The notes under the pieces are model-generated. The model had not been told where the DNA came from, did no database searches, and worked only from the letters and a program-made list of their open reading frames with translations. Below are positions 26,971-37,126 of a DNA stretch of 64,000 bases, piece after piece (the stretch's first letter is position 1; the number at the start of each line of letters is the position of its first letter). The translations under genes were made by a program, and so were the position numbers. The DNA is from Candidatus Moranbacteria bacterium UBA4824 (GTDB lineage: Bacteria > Patescibacteriota > Minisyncoccia > Moranbacterales > UBA2206), in the NCBI GenBank assembly GCA_002400405.1, contig DHFM01000046.1, positions 11,722 to 75,721 of the forward strand, written 5' to 3'.

Positions 26971-27903
26971 GAAGGTAAAATTCTTGATTTAATAATAATT
27001 GGTGCGGGGCCGGCGGGGCTTAGTGCTTCAATTTATGCTTCGCGTTATGGAGTGCAACATAAAATTGTGGGCGCGCTTTTAGGTGGACAAATTAGTGAGA
27101 CACATAAAATTGACAATTATCCAGGAATGGAAGATATGAGCGGATTTGAATTTAGTCAAAAATGGGGAAATCACGCTAAAAAATATGGGGTGGAAATTTT
27201 GCCAAACATGGTGGAAAAAATAAACAAAGAAGAGGATACTTTTTCTATAACTCTCGCGGATAAAAATATTTTGCGCTCAAAAACAATTCTTTTGGCTACT
27301 GGGACAAAAAAAAGAAAATTAAATATTATTGGCGAAAAAGAATTTATTGGAAAAGGTGTGTCATATTGCGCTACTTGTGATGGATTTTTTTATAAAAATA
27401 AAATCGTGGGCGTAATTGGTGGATCAGATAGCGCGGCGACCGCTACATTATATCTAGCGGATTTAGCGCAGAAAGTTTATTTAATTTATCGAAAAGCTGA
27501 ATTACGTGCTGAACCATTTTGGGTAAATTTAATTTTAAAAAATCCAAAAATAGAAGTGCTTTATGAAATAAATGTGGTGGAAATTTTAGGCCAACAAAAA
27601 TTGGAAAAAGTAAAACTAGACCGAGAATATAAAAACTCAAAAGAGCTAAATTTGGATGGACTTTTTATCGAAGCTGGCTCAGATCCGGCGACGGAATATT
27701 TTAGTGAACTAAGAATTGAATTAGATGAAAGCGGTTATATTAAAATTCAAAAAAATGGTGCGACAAATGTGGCAGGAGTTTTTTCAGCCGGCGACATCAC
27801 AGATGGTTCCGACAAATTCCGCCAAGTCATCACCGCTGCTTCCGAGGGTGCAATCTCCGCGCGCGCTATTTATGATTTTCTTAAGAAAAATAAAATGCAA
27901 TAA
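26956..27903 (+). CDS. trxB: Thioredoxin-disulfide reductase
   Basis: FAD motif IIGAGPAGLSASIYASRYG. Redox-active CATCDG. NADPH-binding GGSDSAATATLYLA. C-terminal GDITDG. Confidence 0.85.
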   Translation: MKHETEGKILDLIIIGAGPAGLSASIYASRYGVQHKIVGALLGGQISETHKIDNYPGMEDMSGFEFSQKWGNHAKKYGVEILPNMVEKINKEEDTFSITLADKNILRSKTILLATGTKKRKLNIIGEKEFIGKGVSYCATCDGFFYKNKIVGVIGGSDSAATATLYLADLAQKVYLIYRKAELRAEPFWVNLILKNPKIEVLYEINVVEILGQQKLEKVKLDREYKNSKELNLDGLFIEAGSDPATEYFSELRIELDESGYIKIQKNGATNVAGVFSAGDITDGSDKFRQVITAASEGAISARAIYDFLKKNKMQ

Positions 27904-28080
27904 AATTTTTATGATGCAATATTATTAACAAAAATGTTAACAATTATGCATCATTAAAATAATTTGCAATAATCAATATTATATACACATAGAAAGTGGT
28001 TATGGGGTTTGAATATTTTTTTGATTTTTTCTTCGTATAGAAGTTATTGGCTTAATTGAGCCTGTTTTGATGAAAAAAGA

Positions 28081-28109
28081 TTGACAAAAAAGTTGGTGTT
28101 TGATATAAT
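28081..28109 (+). promoter_or_regulatory. Sigma70-like promoter (TTGACA-17-TATAAT) upstream of the abiEi-like gene
   Basis: ttgacaaaaaagttggtgtttgatataat. Exact consensus hexamers with 17-nt spacer. Confidence 0.45.
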
Positions 28110-28145
28110 AATGTCATAAATCATAAAAATTTATGAATTACGACA

Positions 28146-28775
28146 ATGAATTATATTGAATTTAGGCAAAAAATGGAGGAATTTCCGCTTTTTAGCACAA
28201 AAGAATTGCGATTAATTTTGGGAGCTGAATTTAAGCGGTCATTTCTGAATAATCTGGAAAATTGGAAGAAAAAAGAGTATCTTTTGCAACTCAGAAAAGG
28301 CTTATATTTACTGGGTTATCTAAAACATGCAGTCGATCCAATGATTTTGGCTTCAAAGATTTATGCGCCTTCCTATGTGAGCCTAGAAACGGCCTTGGGG
28401 TATTATGGAATTATTCCAGAAGCGGTTTTCACCACCACCTGCGTGACCAGTCGAGAAACAAAAGATTTTTTCAATGATTTTGGAAAATTTACTTTTCGCA
28501 AAATTAAAAAAACAGCTTTTGGTGGATATGAAACAATTCAAAAAAGAGAATTCGGAATTTCATTTAATTTGGCTTTGCCGGAAAAGGCCTTGGTGGATTT
28601 TTTTTATCTGAATAAGAATATTTTAGATGGTAGTCAGCTTCAATTTGAGAGTTATCGATTCAGTGATGATTTTAGATATGATAAAAATAAACTGATGAGA
28701 TTTGCCAAAGCTTTTGAGAATAAAAAAGTTTTGGAATTAACTAATAATTTTATTAAATTTTATGTTGCCGGATAA
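28146..28775 (+). CDS. AbiEi-like antitoxin / transcriptional regulator (wHTH)
   Basis: 209 aa. The LRKGLYLL motif resembles the AbiEi R-G-Y signature. Immediately upstream of, and overlapping, an AbiEii-like nucleotidyltransferase. Confidence 0.5.
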   Translation: MNYIEFRQKMEEFPLFSTKELRLILGAEFKRSFLNNLENWKKKEYLLQLRKGLYLLGYLKHAVDPMILASKIYAPSYVSLETALGYYGIIPEAVFTTTCVTSRETKDFFNDFGKFTFRKIKKTAFGGYETIQKREFGISFNLALPEKALVDFFYLNKNILDGSQLQFESYRFSDDFRYDKNKLMRFAKAFENKKVLELTNNFIKFYVAG

Positions 28776-29559
28776 AAAATATTTTAGGGATTATTGTCAA
28801 GAGAAAAACATTCCTTGGCGAGAAAGAGATATTCTGAGAGAATATTTGCAAACGCAAATTCTCAAAGTTCTTTCAATGAGTGAATTTAATGACGCAGTTT
28901 CTTTTCTAGGCGGGACTAGTCTGCGTTTTATTCATAATATCGAAAGATTCTCTGAGGATTTGGATTTTGATTTATTGAAAAAAGAAAATTTTGATATCAA
29001 TCAAATGGGCAAAGAGATTGCTGGAAAGCTGGAGCTTTTAGGATTTAGTTTGGATACAAAAATCAAGACGACAGACAATATTTATATTATTTATTTTAAA
29101 TTTAAGAACGTTTTGCAAGAATTTGGGTTTAATGTTCAGGAGAATGAAAAAATAACTATCAAATTCGAAATTGATTTTGATCCATATAAAAATATCAAAT
29201 TTGAAACAAAATTTGTGGATAGTTTTGGAGAAAGATTTCCAATTTTGATTAATACTTTACCCACGCTTTTTGCGCAAAAAATTATCGCTCTGAAATTTAG
29301 ACCCTATCAAAAAGGGCGGGATTTCTATGATCTAGTTTGGTTTTTGGCGCAAAAAAACATCGAGCCAAATTATGCAATTTTTAAGGAGAAAAATATCGAT
29401 GTAAAAAACAAAAAAGAATTAATTATTGAGCTTGAAAAAATTATTTCCGCTTCTAATTTAGAACAAGCGATTAAAGATGTTTCACCTTTTATTTTCCAAA
29501 GCGAACAAGCTAAATGGATTTTAAGTTTACCAGAATTTATGAAAAATTTTAAAGAGTAA
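28762..29559 (+). CDS. AbiEii/AbiGii-family nucleotidyltransferase toxin (DUF1814)
   Basis: LGGTSLRFIHNIERFSEDLDFDL nucleotidyltransferase motif. C-terminal region (RPYQKGRDFYDLVWFL). Confidence 0.65.
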   Translation: MLPDKKYFRDYCQEKNIPWRERDILREYLQTQILKVLSMSEFNDAVSFLGGTSLRFIHNIERFSEDLDFDLLKKENFDINQMGKEIAGKLELLGFSLDTKIKTTDNIYIIYFKFKNVLQEFGFNVQENEKITIKFEIDFDPYKNIKFETKFVDSFGERFPILINTLPTLFAQKIIALKFRPYQKGRDFYDLVWFLAQKNIEPNYAIFKEKNIDVKNKKELIIELEKIISASNLEQAIKDVSPFIFQSEQAKWILSLPEFMKNFKE

Positions 29560-29564
29560 TTATT

Positions 29565-29846
29565 ATGAAATCCCTAAAAAACCTTTTATACAAAAGAAAA
29601 GAGACTAAAAAAATATCCTTAACGGATAAAGATTTTTTCTATATTTTTAATCGAGTTATAAAGGAAGAATTTGGTAATGTCGGTGCGTCGCGTCTTCAGG
29701 CGGATTATTACAAGAATGGGACTATTTTTATAAAACTCACTAGCTCCGCCTGGGCGAGTGAGCTTTTTATGAATAGAAATACGATCATTAAAAAAATAAA
29801 TAAGGAGTTGGGAGAGGGCGCGATAAAAGAAATAAAAATAAAATAG
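29565..29846 (+). CDS. DUF721 / DciA-like protein (putative helicase-loader family)
   Basis: 93 aa. NGTIFIKLTSSAWASELFMNRNTIIKKINKELG fits the DUF721 C-terminal pattern. DUF721 genes are typically origin-proximal. Confidence 0.4.
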   Translation: MKSLKNLLYKRKETKKISLTDKDFFYIFNRVIKEEFGNVGASRLQADYYKNGTIFIKLTSSAWASELFMNRNTIIKKINKELGEGAIKEIKIK

Positions 29847-29891
29847 GGTTTTTTTTATGGTTCTTTAACGAATAGTGTGTTGAATTTTTAA

Positions 29892-30035
29892 TTGTCATTC
29901 TGAGCGGAATCGAATCCGTTTAGGATGAGATGTAGTCGAAGAATCTGCTTTGTGGCTTAATTACGTTGACTTACTAAGTAGATCCTTCGACTGCGTTCGT
30001 CGCCTAATCGGCGACTCACTTCGCTCAGGATGACA
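29892..30035. repeat. Repeat family G element (144 bp, terminal inverted repeats ttgtcattctgagcg / cgctcaggatgacaa, nested internal stems). MITE-like or structured ncRNA.
   Basis: Ends are reverse complements with 1 mismatch. Internal stems gtcgaagaatctgc/tagatccttcgac and gtcgcc-taat-cggcgac. A related 78-bp element with the same terminal inverted repeats lies at 54755..54832. Confidence 0.5.
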
Positions 30036-30291
30036 AACTTCTGTGTTTTTGTGGAAAATCATAAAGGAACTTTTAATTAAAGCAAAAATTAAACTTATCC
30101 ACCACACTATTTATTGTAGAGCCTTTTTATTTTGCTGATTTTAAAAAATATTGTATAATAAAAAAAGAAAAAAACAACCCCATGGAATACGGATGTGTAA
30201 AATAATGATAAATAAAAATAAATTCAATTTACAAAATCATTTTATATACATTGTAAAATTATTCCACGGGGTAAAAAATAAAAAATTTATT

Positions 30292-30738
30292 ATGAAAAAG
30301 AAAATAAAAACTAAGGATTGGCAAATTGCTCTAATTTATTGGATGCTGGCGGGAATTTTTGCGCCATTTCTATTTAGTGCAATTTTTGGTCATATCGTAA
30401 AAGGTATAGCTAATAATTTTGGAATGATTGTTTGGTTGGCAATCATTGGAGAAACATTGAAATTTTTTCTTGTTTGGATAAGTATAATTTATTCAGCAAG
30501 ATTTATAACCAAAACTTTTATTATAAAAAACAATATAAATATTGTGAGAATTTCCACTTTTATTTTGTGTTTATCTTTGGTTAGTTTTAGAATATTTTTC
30601 TTCGATTCAAGTGATTTAATGGGATATATTTTTTCCCTAATGCATATAATTTCTCTGCTTGTTATAACTCCATTTTTCTATTTTTTTAGCAAAAAACAGA
30701 TTGGCAGTACGGACAAATTGATTGAAAATGAGCCTTAG
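30292..30738 (+). CDS. Hypothetical polytopic membrane protein
   Basis: About 148 aa from ATG 30292 (MKKKIKTKDWQIALIYWMLAGIF...). 4-5 hydrophobic helices. Confidence 0.4.
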   Translation: MKKKIKTKDWQIALIYWMLAGIFAPFLFSAIFGHIVKGIANNFGMIVWLAIIGETLKFFLVWISIIYSARFITKTFIIKNNINIVRISTFILCLSLVSFRIFFFDSSDLMGYIFSLMHIISLLVITPFFYFFSKKQIGSTDKLIENEP

Positions 30739-30754
30739 GATGAAAACTTGAAAA

Positions 30755-30794
30755 CAAAAAACTTCGGAAATCTTCCGAAGTTTTTTGTTTTTTT
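30755..30794. terminator. Bidirectional rho-independent terminator
   Basis: aaaaaa-cttcggaa-atc-ttccgaag-ttttttgttttttt. Sits between convergent genes 30292..30738 (+) and 30815..33370 (-). Confidence 0.65.
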
Positions 30795-30814
30795 AAAACC
30801 TACATGTTTGCTTT

Positions 30815-33370
30815 TTAAGAATTTATTTTCACTGAAACGCTATCGGAATCACTATCTCCATTTTTATCTTTGACGGTGGCTTCGATTGAAAGAGTGGTGT
30901 TTTTCTTGGAATCAGAAACGGAATAAACAAAACTAAAAGAAGATTCGGAAGATGATTTAACCTCCTTTCCATCAACAGACAAAGTTATCTTATCCACCCC
31001 AAATGGCGCGTCTGCCTTTATTTTTATAGTAAAAGAAGAAGCACTAGTGCTAGAAGGGGCGGAGATTTTTATGCTTGGGTCAAAATTATCAAAATCATCT
31101 GAGCGACATTCTTTTTCTGGAGTTGGCCGAGAAGAATAACCTTCTTTTTTGTCCAACCACTTCTCGATAGCTTTTTCCCAATTTTTAAATTGCGGGTCGT
31201 CTTCGGGTTTTTCTGGTTTATCTCCGCGGGGATCATCTTTTTGGACATAATATAAGATAGAATGTGCATCGGCAAATTTCTTTTTCTCTCTTTCAGATTC
31301 TGGGCAATTATCATTAGCTAGGCAATAATCATCCGAGTCGGGAATTTTGCAAACGCGGATTTCTTTTTTATCATCAAGTTTTCCATCCAACACATCCTTG
31401 CCAGTTTCCTCCTCGTCTTTTTTGTATTCTGGAAATTTTTCAATATCATAATTAACTAAAGATTTTTCTATAAATTCACGCCAAATCGGCGCAGCGACAT
31501 AGGAACCATCTGCCCCTTCGGCCATTATAGAATTGTCATTGTTCCCTGCCCAAACACCCGCGACTAAAGATGGAGTATACCCCATTGTCCAACCATCGCG
31601 CCATTCATTGGTGGTGCCAGTTTTAGCCGCTACAGGACGGTTGTCAAATTTAAGTGGATTGTTTTCTCCAAATACGGGAGCACGAAGTTCATTGGTGGAT
31701 AGAACGTAGTCTATCATGGCAATGTGTTTTTCTTCAATTACTCTTTGTCCGTCGCTCGGTTTATATTCTTCTAAGATTTCACCTGATCCACTTTCAACTT
31801 TTAAAACAGAAACAGTAGAGTGATGAATTCCACCTGTGGCAAAAGTAGAAAAAGCATTAACATGATCAAGTAATTTTACTTCGCCTCCACCTAAAACCAA
31901 AGATAATCCATAATCAGCAGTTTTATTGAGGGTTGTGATGCCCATCTTGTGAGCAGTGTCAATTGAATTTTGTACTCCGGCGAGGTAGAGCGTTTTCACT
32001 GCAGGAACATTCAGCGACATTGCCAGTGCATCTTTCATTTTCAAAAGACCCTGGTTCTTTCCGTCATAATTTTTTGGATTATAGTCTTTTCCATCATCAG
32101 TGGAAAAATTAGTGTCCACATCCCAAAGGTTGGTTTCTGGAGTGTAGCCTTTTTCAAAAGCGGTGAGATACACATAAGGTTTAAAAGATGATCCTGGTTG
32201 ACGAAGGGCAGTAGCCACATTGAAGTTGCCTTCAAATGTGCAATTTTTTCCAGACACACAACCAGTAGGAACGGCTTTGCCAAAATAATCCTTTGAACCT
32301 ACCATGGCTAAAATTTGGCCTGTTTTTGGATCCATTGCCACGAGCGCTTGATTATTAGCCTTGTAAGTAGTGGCATTTTTTTCGCTGTGATTTCGAATAG
32401 CTTCCTCGGCAATTTTTTGTTTATCCCAGTCAAGCGTGGTATAAACTTTTAGCCCGCCTTGTTCAACCGCTTCAGCTCCATATTTTTTTTCCAAAGATTC
32501 CTTGATATACATCACAAAATGGGGAGCGCTAATGTTATCGGAAAAGGTTTTTATCTTGGAAAAAATATCTACTGCTTTTGCTGTTTCGGCTTGTTCCTCT
32601 GTAATGTAGCCTAAGCGAGCCATTTGACTCAGGGCATATTCTTGACGAGCCTTGAGATTTTCGGTGTGCGTTCCATAGGGTGAATAGCGAGAAGGGGCTT
32701 GAGGTAGCGAGGCTAAAATAGCGGATTCGTCTAGTGTGAGCTCACTGGCATGTTTGCCAAAAAAAGTTTGGGCGGCCGCTTCAATTCCATAAGCATTGGA
32801 TCCATAGGGAATTTCATTAAGATACATTGCTAAAATTTCATCCTTAGAAAATTTCTGTTCCAATTCGATGGCCAAAATAACCTCCTTTATTTTCCTTGTG
32901 AAAGTTTTTTCTGAGGTCAAAAGTGATTGCTTGATAAGTTGCTGGGTGATAGTTGAGCCACCCTGAGAGGCACCTAATTTGAAAACATCCTTAAGAGCAG
33001 CCCGTAAAATACTTTTTGGCTGAATGCCGATATGATCATAGAAGCTTTGATCTTCCAATGCGATAGTGGCGTAGCGCAAACTTTCTGGCATTTGGGAAAA
33101 GGGGATTTCCGTTCTTTTTTCTTCTCCGTGAACTTCATAAAGGATATGATTTCCGGTGCGGTCATAAATTTTGGTCGATTGAATAACCACGCGATTTTTC
33201 AGATTTCCAGGACTTGGAAGATCCTTGGCAAACCAAGCAAAAACCGCGATAACAAAAAGTAAAATAGCGCCAAAAAAAATCAAAGCTGATTTTTGTAGGA
33301 GCTTCCAATTAATCTTAAAACGTTTTTTGCCAGATGACCCGGTAGAATTTTTAGGGTTGAAAATATACAT
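30815..33370 (-). CDS. Class A penicillin-binding protein 1A (GT51 transglycosylase + transpeptidase) with C-terminal Ser/Asp-rich extension
   Basis: N-terminal TM. GT51 motifs (EDQSFYDHIGI; GGSTITQQLIK; RKIKEVILAIELE). Transpeptidase SxxK (GSSFKP), SLN, KTG (AKTGTT). Confidence 0.85.
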   Translation of the reverse strand: MYIFNPKNSTGSSGKKRFKINWKLLQKSALIFFGAILLFVIAVFAWFAKDLPSPGNLKNRVVIQSTKIYDRTGNHILYEVHGEEKRTEIPFSQMPESLRYATIALEDQSFYDHIGIQPKSILRAALKDVFKLGASQGGSTITQQLIKQSLLTSEKTFTRKIKEVILAIELEQKFSKDEILAMYLNEIPYGSNAYGIEAAAQTFFGKHASELTLDESAILASLPQAPSRYSPYGTHTENLKARQEYALSQMARLGYITEEQAETAKAVDIFSKIKTFSDNISAPHFVMYIKESLEKKYGAEAVEQGGLKVYTTLDWDKQKIAEEAIRNHSEKNATTYKANNQALVAMDPKTGQILAMVGSKDYFGKAVPTGCVSGKNCTFEGNFNVATALRQPGSSFKPYVYLTAFEKGYTPETNLWDVDTNFSTDDGKDYNPKNYDGKNQGLLKMKDALAMSLNVPAVKTLYLAGVQNSIDTAHKMGITTLNKTADYGLSLVLGGGEVKLLDHVNAFSTFATGGIHHSTVSVLKVESGSGEILEEYKPSDGQRVIEEKHIAMIDYVLSTNELRAPVFGENNPLKFDNRPVAAKTGTTNEWRDGWTMGYTPSLVAGVWAGNNDNSIMAEGADGSYVAAPIWREFIEKSLVNYDIEKFPEYKKDEEETGKDVLDGKLDDKKEIRVCKIPDSDDYCLANDNCPESEREKKKFADAHSILYYVQKDDPRGDKPEKPEDDPQFKNWEKAIEKWLDKKEGYSSRPTPEKECRSDDFDNFDPSIKISAPSSTSASSFTIKIKADAPFGVDKITLSVDGKEVKSSSESSFSFVYSVSDSKKNTTLSIEATVKDKNGDSDSDSVSVKINS

Positions 33371-33444
33371 ACAATTTATTTAGCTTATTTATAAAGCATC
33401 TTATATTCTATTATAAAAGAGAAAAGATATCAAGGCAAAAAAAA

Positions 33445-34716
33445 TTATTTCACGAAAGATGCTTTAAAATATTTCTTAATATAACTAATTGTTTTTTTGT
33501 GATCGTCTCCACAAATAATAATAACAGTATCTCCTGGATTAGCAATTTCAGCAGCTTTTTTGATAGCATTTTCTTCTATGATAATCCGAACAGCATTTTT
33601 TTTGCTTTGCTTTGATAAAATTCCTTGTAAAAATAATTTTGAAACATCACCCTTTTCTCTTGTTGGCGTAAGACCAGTAGAGACATATCTCTTTTTAGAA
33701 ATTCCATCAATTTTATCATAAACAATAAAAGAATCAAAACTATCAGCTATAAATTGACCAGTTTCTACTATCATTTTATCTGTTCGATCAGGTGCTAGAC
33801 GTACTACTCCAATAGTTTTACCGTTGCTATTTTTTTTTACTAGGGTAGCTACTTCATTTAGGGAATATTTTTCATGAGCATAGTCAACCATAATCTTTAC
33901 ACCTTGTTTATTTTCCAGAAGAGTTAACCTCCCACCATGTTTTGCAGGTTTATAATTTTTAAGCACAGTAATACATTTCTTGGTCTTAGGTAAATTTCCT
34001 TCATTAAAAGAATAAAGCCCTCCCAAGATTAACATCAAATTATAAATAGAAGGATTGAAATTTCCCTTAAATGTCCAATCTATATCATGAATGTCTAGTA
34101 AATTGATAGTTTTATTTTTTGATTTCAAGATTAAATAGTTATCTTTTTTTGTAATGACAATTCCATTATTATCTAAGTGTTTTTTTGTATTGAAAAAATT
34201 TAGATTATAGCCTACAGGCACAAGGGTTACTTTTCTTTTAGTTGAGATGCAATTTAATTGAGAGCAAACTAGCTTATCGTCTGCATTAAATACAGCATAG
34301 CCATTTTCTCCGCCTATAGCAGAAAAAATAAAATTTTTTGCCTTAGCTATATCTTTTCTTGTTTTTAATCTTTTGGATGCACCTAAGTGATCCTCAAAAA
34401 CATTTGAAAAAATACCTATATTGTGTTTTCGATATCCCAGTCCTCCTTTGCCACTACTACCAATAGCTGTTTCTAGGATTGCTGTGTAATTGGGGCAATA
34501 TTTTTTCATGGCCAGGAGATATTTTCCTGGACACACTGTCGGAACTAGTCCAAAAAGTTGTTTACTTTCTAAAAGAGTGCTTTTTTGTTTTTCATTTACA
34601 TAATGTCCATCAGTATCAACGCGGAGTGTATTTTCTCCATAATTTTTTAATGTATAACTTATAGCTCTGGTTATGGTTGTTTTTCCTTTAGTTCCAGTTA
34701 TCGATATGATTTTCAT
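33445..34716 (-). CDS. Mur-ligase-family amide ligase (cyanophycin-synthetase C-terminal-like / MurE-CapB-like)
   Basis: P-loop ITGTKGKTTIT at the N-terminus, typical of the Mur ligase central domain. 423 aa. Directly downstream (4-nt gap) of an ATP-grasp gene. Confidence 0.6.
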   Translation of the reverse strand: MKIISITGTKGKTTITRAISYTLKNYGENTLRVDTDGHYVNEKQKSTLLESKQLFGLVPTVCPGKYLLAMKKYCPNYTAILETAIGSSGKGGLGYRKHNIGIFSNVFEDHLGASKRLKTRKDIAKAKNFIFSAIGGENGYAVFNADDKLVCSQLNCISTKRKVTLVPVGYNLNFFNTKKHLDNNGIVITKKDNYLILKSKNKTINLLDIHDIDWTFKGNFNPSIYNLMLILGGLYSFNEGNLPKTKKCITVLKNYKPAKHGGRLTLLENKQGVKIMVDYAHEKYSLNEVATLVKKNSNGKTIGVVRLAPDRTDKMIVETGQFIADSFDSFIVYDKIDGISKKRYVSTGLTPTREKGDVSKLFLQGILSKQSKKNAVRIIIEENAIKKAAEIANPGDTVIIICGDDHKKTISYIKKYFKASFVK

Positions 34717-34720
34717 TAGA

Positions 34721-35677
34721 TTAATTTTCTTGATTAAGCTTTAAAATGAATTCAAGAATATCCTTAACTACATTTCTTGTTTTCCCATGAGTTGGATTGT
34801 AATGAATATACAGATCTGGTTTTCCATTTATTTCTAAAATATTAAATTTTTGCTTGGAAGGATCTTTGCTTATATCTTCACAGATAATATCAATTCCAGC
34901 TAGTAATTTACCAGTAGCTTTAGCAGCTCTTTCGCAAACTTTTTTAAGGGTAGGATTTATCAAGTCAGTCACATCTTTTGTTTCTCCTCCTTCAGCTAAG
35001 CAAGAATTTTTCTTTATAAATATTTCTTGATCTTTTTTAAGTATAGTGTTGAGCTTAACATTTTGTTCTTCTAGGATTTTCTTAAGATATTTATTGAATA
35101 TCGTTTTTTGTTTTTTGTTTAATTGTTTTTTTTCTATTAATTTTTTAACAGTGCTTTTCCCATCACCAAAAATTCTAGGAGGAATCATTTCAAGAACGCC
35201 GATAGCTTCTTTTGCTAAAATTAAAACACGATATTCTTTTCCAAATACCATTTCTTGAGCAATAAGAAAAGGGAAATTTTTAATTTCTTGGGTAAGGAGT
35301 TTTTTAGCCTCAGATAATGTTTCTATATTAGTGAAAACGCCTTTGCTATTAGATCCATTAGCATCTTTTAATACAATCGGGTAAGTAAGAGAGGCTAATT
35401 TTTTTGCTGAATCGTTTGTATTCAGGGTTTTTTTGTAAAAACAAACAGTTTTAGGTGTTGGAATATTATTTTCTTTTAGCGCTACGTAAGTAAGATCCTT
35501 ATATGCCGTAAGAGCTTTTCCAGAAAGAAAATCACTAGCGATTTGAAATTTTCTAGAAACAAAAATTTTCTCCCCCTTTAAATTAATAAGAAAGCACCCT
35601 CTTTCTGGGACTATTTTATCAATAGTTCCTCCCATTTCTTCAACAACGCGCTTTATTAGTGGTGGATTTTTTATCAT
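34721..35677 (-). CDS. ATP-grasp family ligase (cyanophycin-synthetase N-terminal-like / D-Ala-D-Ala-ligase-like)
   Basis: 318 aa. Pattern of an ATP-grasp fold (PIVLKDANGSNSKGVF..., EYRVLIL..., C-terminal ILEINGKPDL). The assignment is from motif resemblance only. Confidence 0.5.
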   Translation of the reverse strand: MIKNPPLIKRVVEEMGGTIDKIVPERGCFLINLKGEKIFVSRKFQIASDFLSGKALTAYKDLTYVALKENNIPTPKTVCFYKKTLNTNDSAKKLASLTYPIVLKDANGSNSKGVFTNIETLSEAKKLLTQEIKNFPFLIAQEMVFGKEYRVLILAKEAIGVLEMIPPRIFGDGKSTVKKLIEKKQLNKKQKTIFNKYLKKILEEQNVKLNTILKKDQEIFIKKNSCLAEGGETKDVTDLINPTLKKVCERAAKATGKLLAGIDIICEDISKDPSKQKFNILEINGKPDLYIHYNPTHGKTRNVVKDILEFILKLNQEN

Positions 35678-35681
35678 AATT

Positions 35682-37088
35682 TTATTTATTTACATCAATT
35701 AAAAATTTATTCAAATCTCTTCGCCCTATAAGTAATGGGTAAGACAATCCTTCTCGATTAGCGATGGAAAGTTTAGAAGATATTTGTTGTTCATCGATTA
35801 CGATAGGTAGTTTAATCTCGATTCGATAAGTTGCTCCATGGGAGGAAAAAGTTTTTGCTACGCCAACAATATCAGGATGTTTTTCTAATTCTTTCCATGT
35901 TTCATTTTGGCTCAATATTTTTATTTCTTCTTCAGTTAAAACTTTATCAAGGTGAAAATCTTCCCAAATTTTTACCGCCTCTCCGAAACCTAAATCTTTA
36001 GCAAGATTTTTATCAATTGCTGAGATGCCAGCTCCAGTATCTATGCGAGCTTCCACTTCAATTTCTTTTCCATCCTTTCCGATAAGTTTTACTTTTTCCA
36101 CGGTGCCGATAACTTTACGCCCAGAAATTTCTTCCAGTTCTTCTTCGATTTCCCCACCGAAAAGGTCTTTGCCTACGCGGATACCTTTTTCTACGGTTTT
36201 GATTTTTATCCCAGCAGCTTTTTTGAGTCGTTCTTTGAGACCAGATAGATTAGCTACCTGGATAGAAAGGCCAGGGCGAGCGTTTAGTTCAATGATAGTT
36301 GGGCCGTTGATTTTATCAATGGCAATGTCTGCCCCTAAAAAGCCAAGGCCGGAAATTTCTTGGGCGCGTACAGCTAATTTTAAAACATCATTCCAATAGG
36401 GAAGCTTAATTCCGGAAAGCAGAAGACGAGTACCAGGAATATATTCAATTATTCTATTTTTCCCAAGAACTGCAGTGGTGGTTGTGCCCGTGGCAATGTC
36501 GATGCCTACGCCAATAGCGCCTTGTTGCAAATTGGCTTTGCCTTCTGATGATTTGGTTGGCAGGCGAAGCATGGCCATCAGCGGAACCTTATTGAAAACA
36601 ATGACACGAATATCAGGAATACCTTTATATGAATAGGGTTTGAAAAGTTTCAAAAGTTGCAAACGCTCTTCAAAAAAAGCAATGTCGGGTGTGCCGGAAA
36701 GAGAAAAAGATCCATCTAGTATGTTTCGAATATGTGTTTTTAAATCTTCTGTAGAAATTAGAGATCGGTCAGCTTTTATCCAAATATTATCGAAATTCTT
36801 TTTTTTACCATAAACTACCACAATACCTTCACCACCAAAACCACGATTAGGTTTCAGCGCAAAACCTTCCGGCAAGCTTTGCCAATCAAAATTTTCCAGT
36901 TCTTCCACGGTGCGAATTTTTGCAATCAGTTTTGGAACAGAGATATCATTTTTAGCGAGAATTTTTTTGCTCAGTAGTTTATTGTCAGCTAGTTTTTTAG
37001 CGCGCGATCGATTAAATGGCCGGATATAATCCAGATTCCGCGCATTCATCCCGAGTATTTGCCGGCTTAATTTAAAAAATTCAAACAT
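35682..37088 (-). CDS. Fusion protein: RimK-like ATP-grasp amidoligase (alpha-L-glutamate-ligase-related) + C-terminal retropepsin-like ('ATP-dependent zinc protease') domain
   Basis: N-terminus MNARNLDYIRPFN...KPNRGFGGEGIVVV...ELNARPGLSIQ (ATP-grasp). C-terminus EVEARIDTGAGISAID...YPLLIGRRDLNKFLIDV matches the retropepsin-like domain known as a RimK partner. Confidence 0.6.
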   Translation of the reverse strand: MFEFFKLSRQILGMNARNLDYIRPFNRSRAKKLADNKLLSKKILAKNDISVPKLIAKIRTVEELENFDWQSLPEGFALKPNRGFGGEGIVVVYGKKKNFDNIWIKADRSLISTEDLKTHIRNILDGSFSLSGTPDIAFFEERLQLLKLFKPYSYKGIPDIRVIVFNKVPLMAMLRLPTKSSEGKANLQQGAIGVGIDIATGTTTTAVLGKNRIIEYIPGTRLLLSGIKLPYWNDVLKLAVRAQEISGLGFLGADIAIDKINGPTIIELNARPGLSIQVANLSGLKERLKKAAGIKIKTVEKGIRVGKDLFGGEIEEELEEISGRKVIGTVEKVKLIGKDGKEIEVEARIDTGAGISAIDKNLAKDLGFGEAVKIWEDFHLDKVLTEEEIKILSQNETWKELEKHPDIVGVAKTFSSHGATYRIEIKLPIVIDEQQISSKLSIANREGLSYPLLIGRRDLNKFLIDVNK

Positions 37089-37126
37089 AATGTTTTTTAC
37101 TCATTAATCGTTCGTAAAGCCACGCT

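Noticed and set aside
29892-30035. 144-nt element as a tRNA or tmRNA-like gene because of its closed stem and internal hairpins
   Set aside because: Length and stem arrangement do not fit a cloverleaf. No T-loop or anticodon-loop consensus. A shorter element with the same terminal inverted repeats exists at 54755, favouring a MITE-like repeat.
33445-34716. Mur-ligase-like gene as a genuine peptidoglycan MurE/MurF next to PBP1A
   Set aside because: Not excluded. However its immediate upstream partner is an ATP-grasp ligase and not another mur gene, the cluster continues with a RimK-like/retropepsin fusion and a 7TM protein, and no murD/murG/mraY/ftsW are adjacent. A cyanophycin-synthetase-like role is therefore favoured but flagged as inference.
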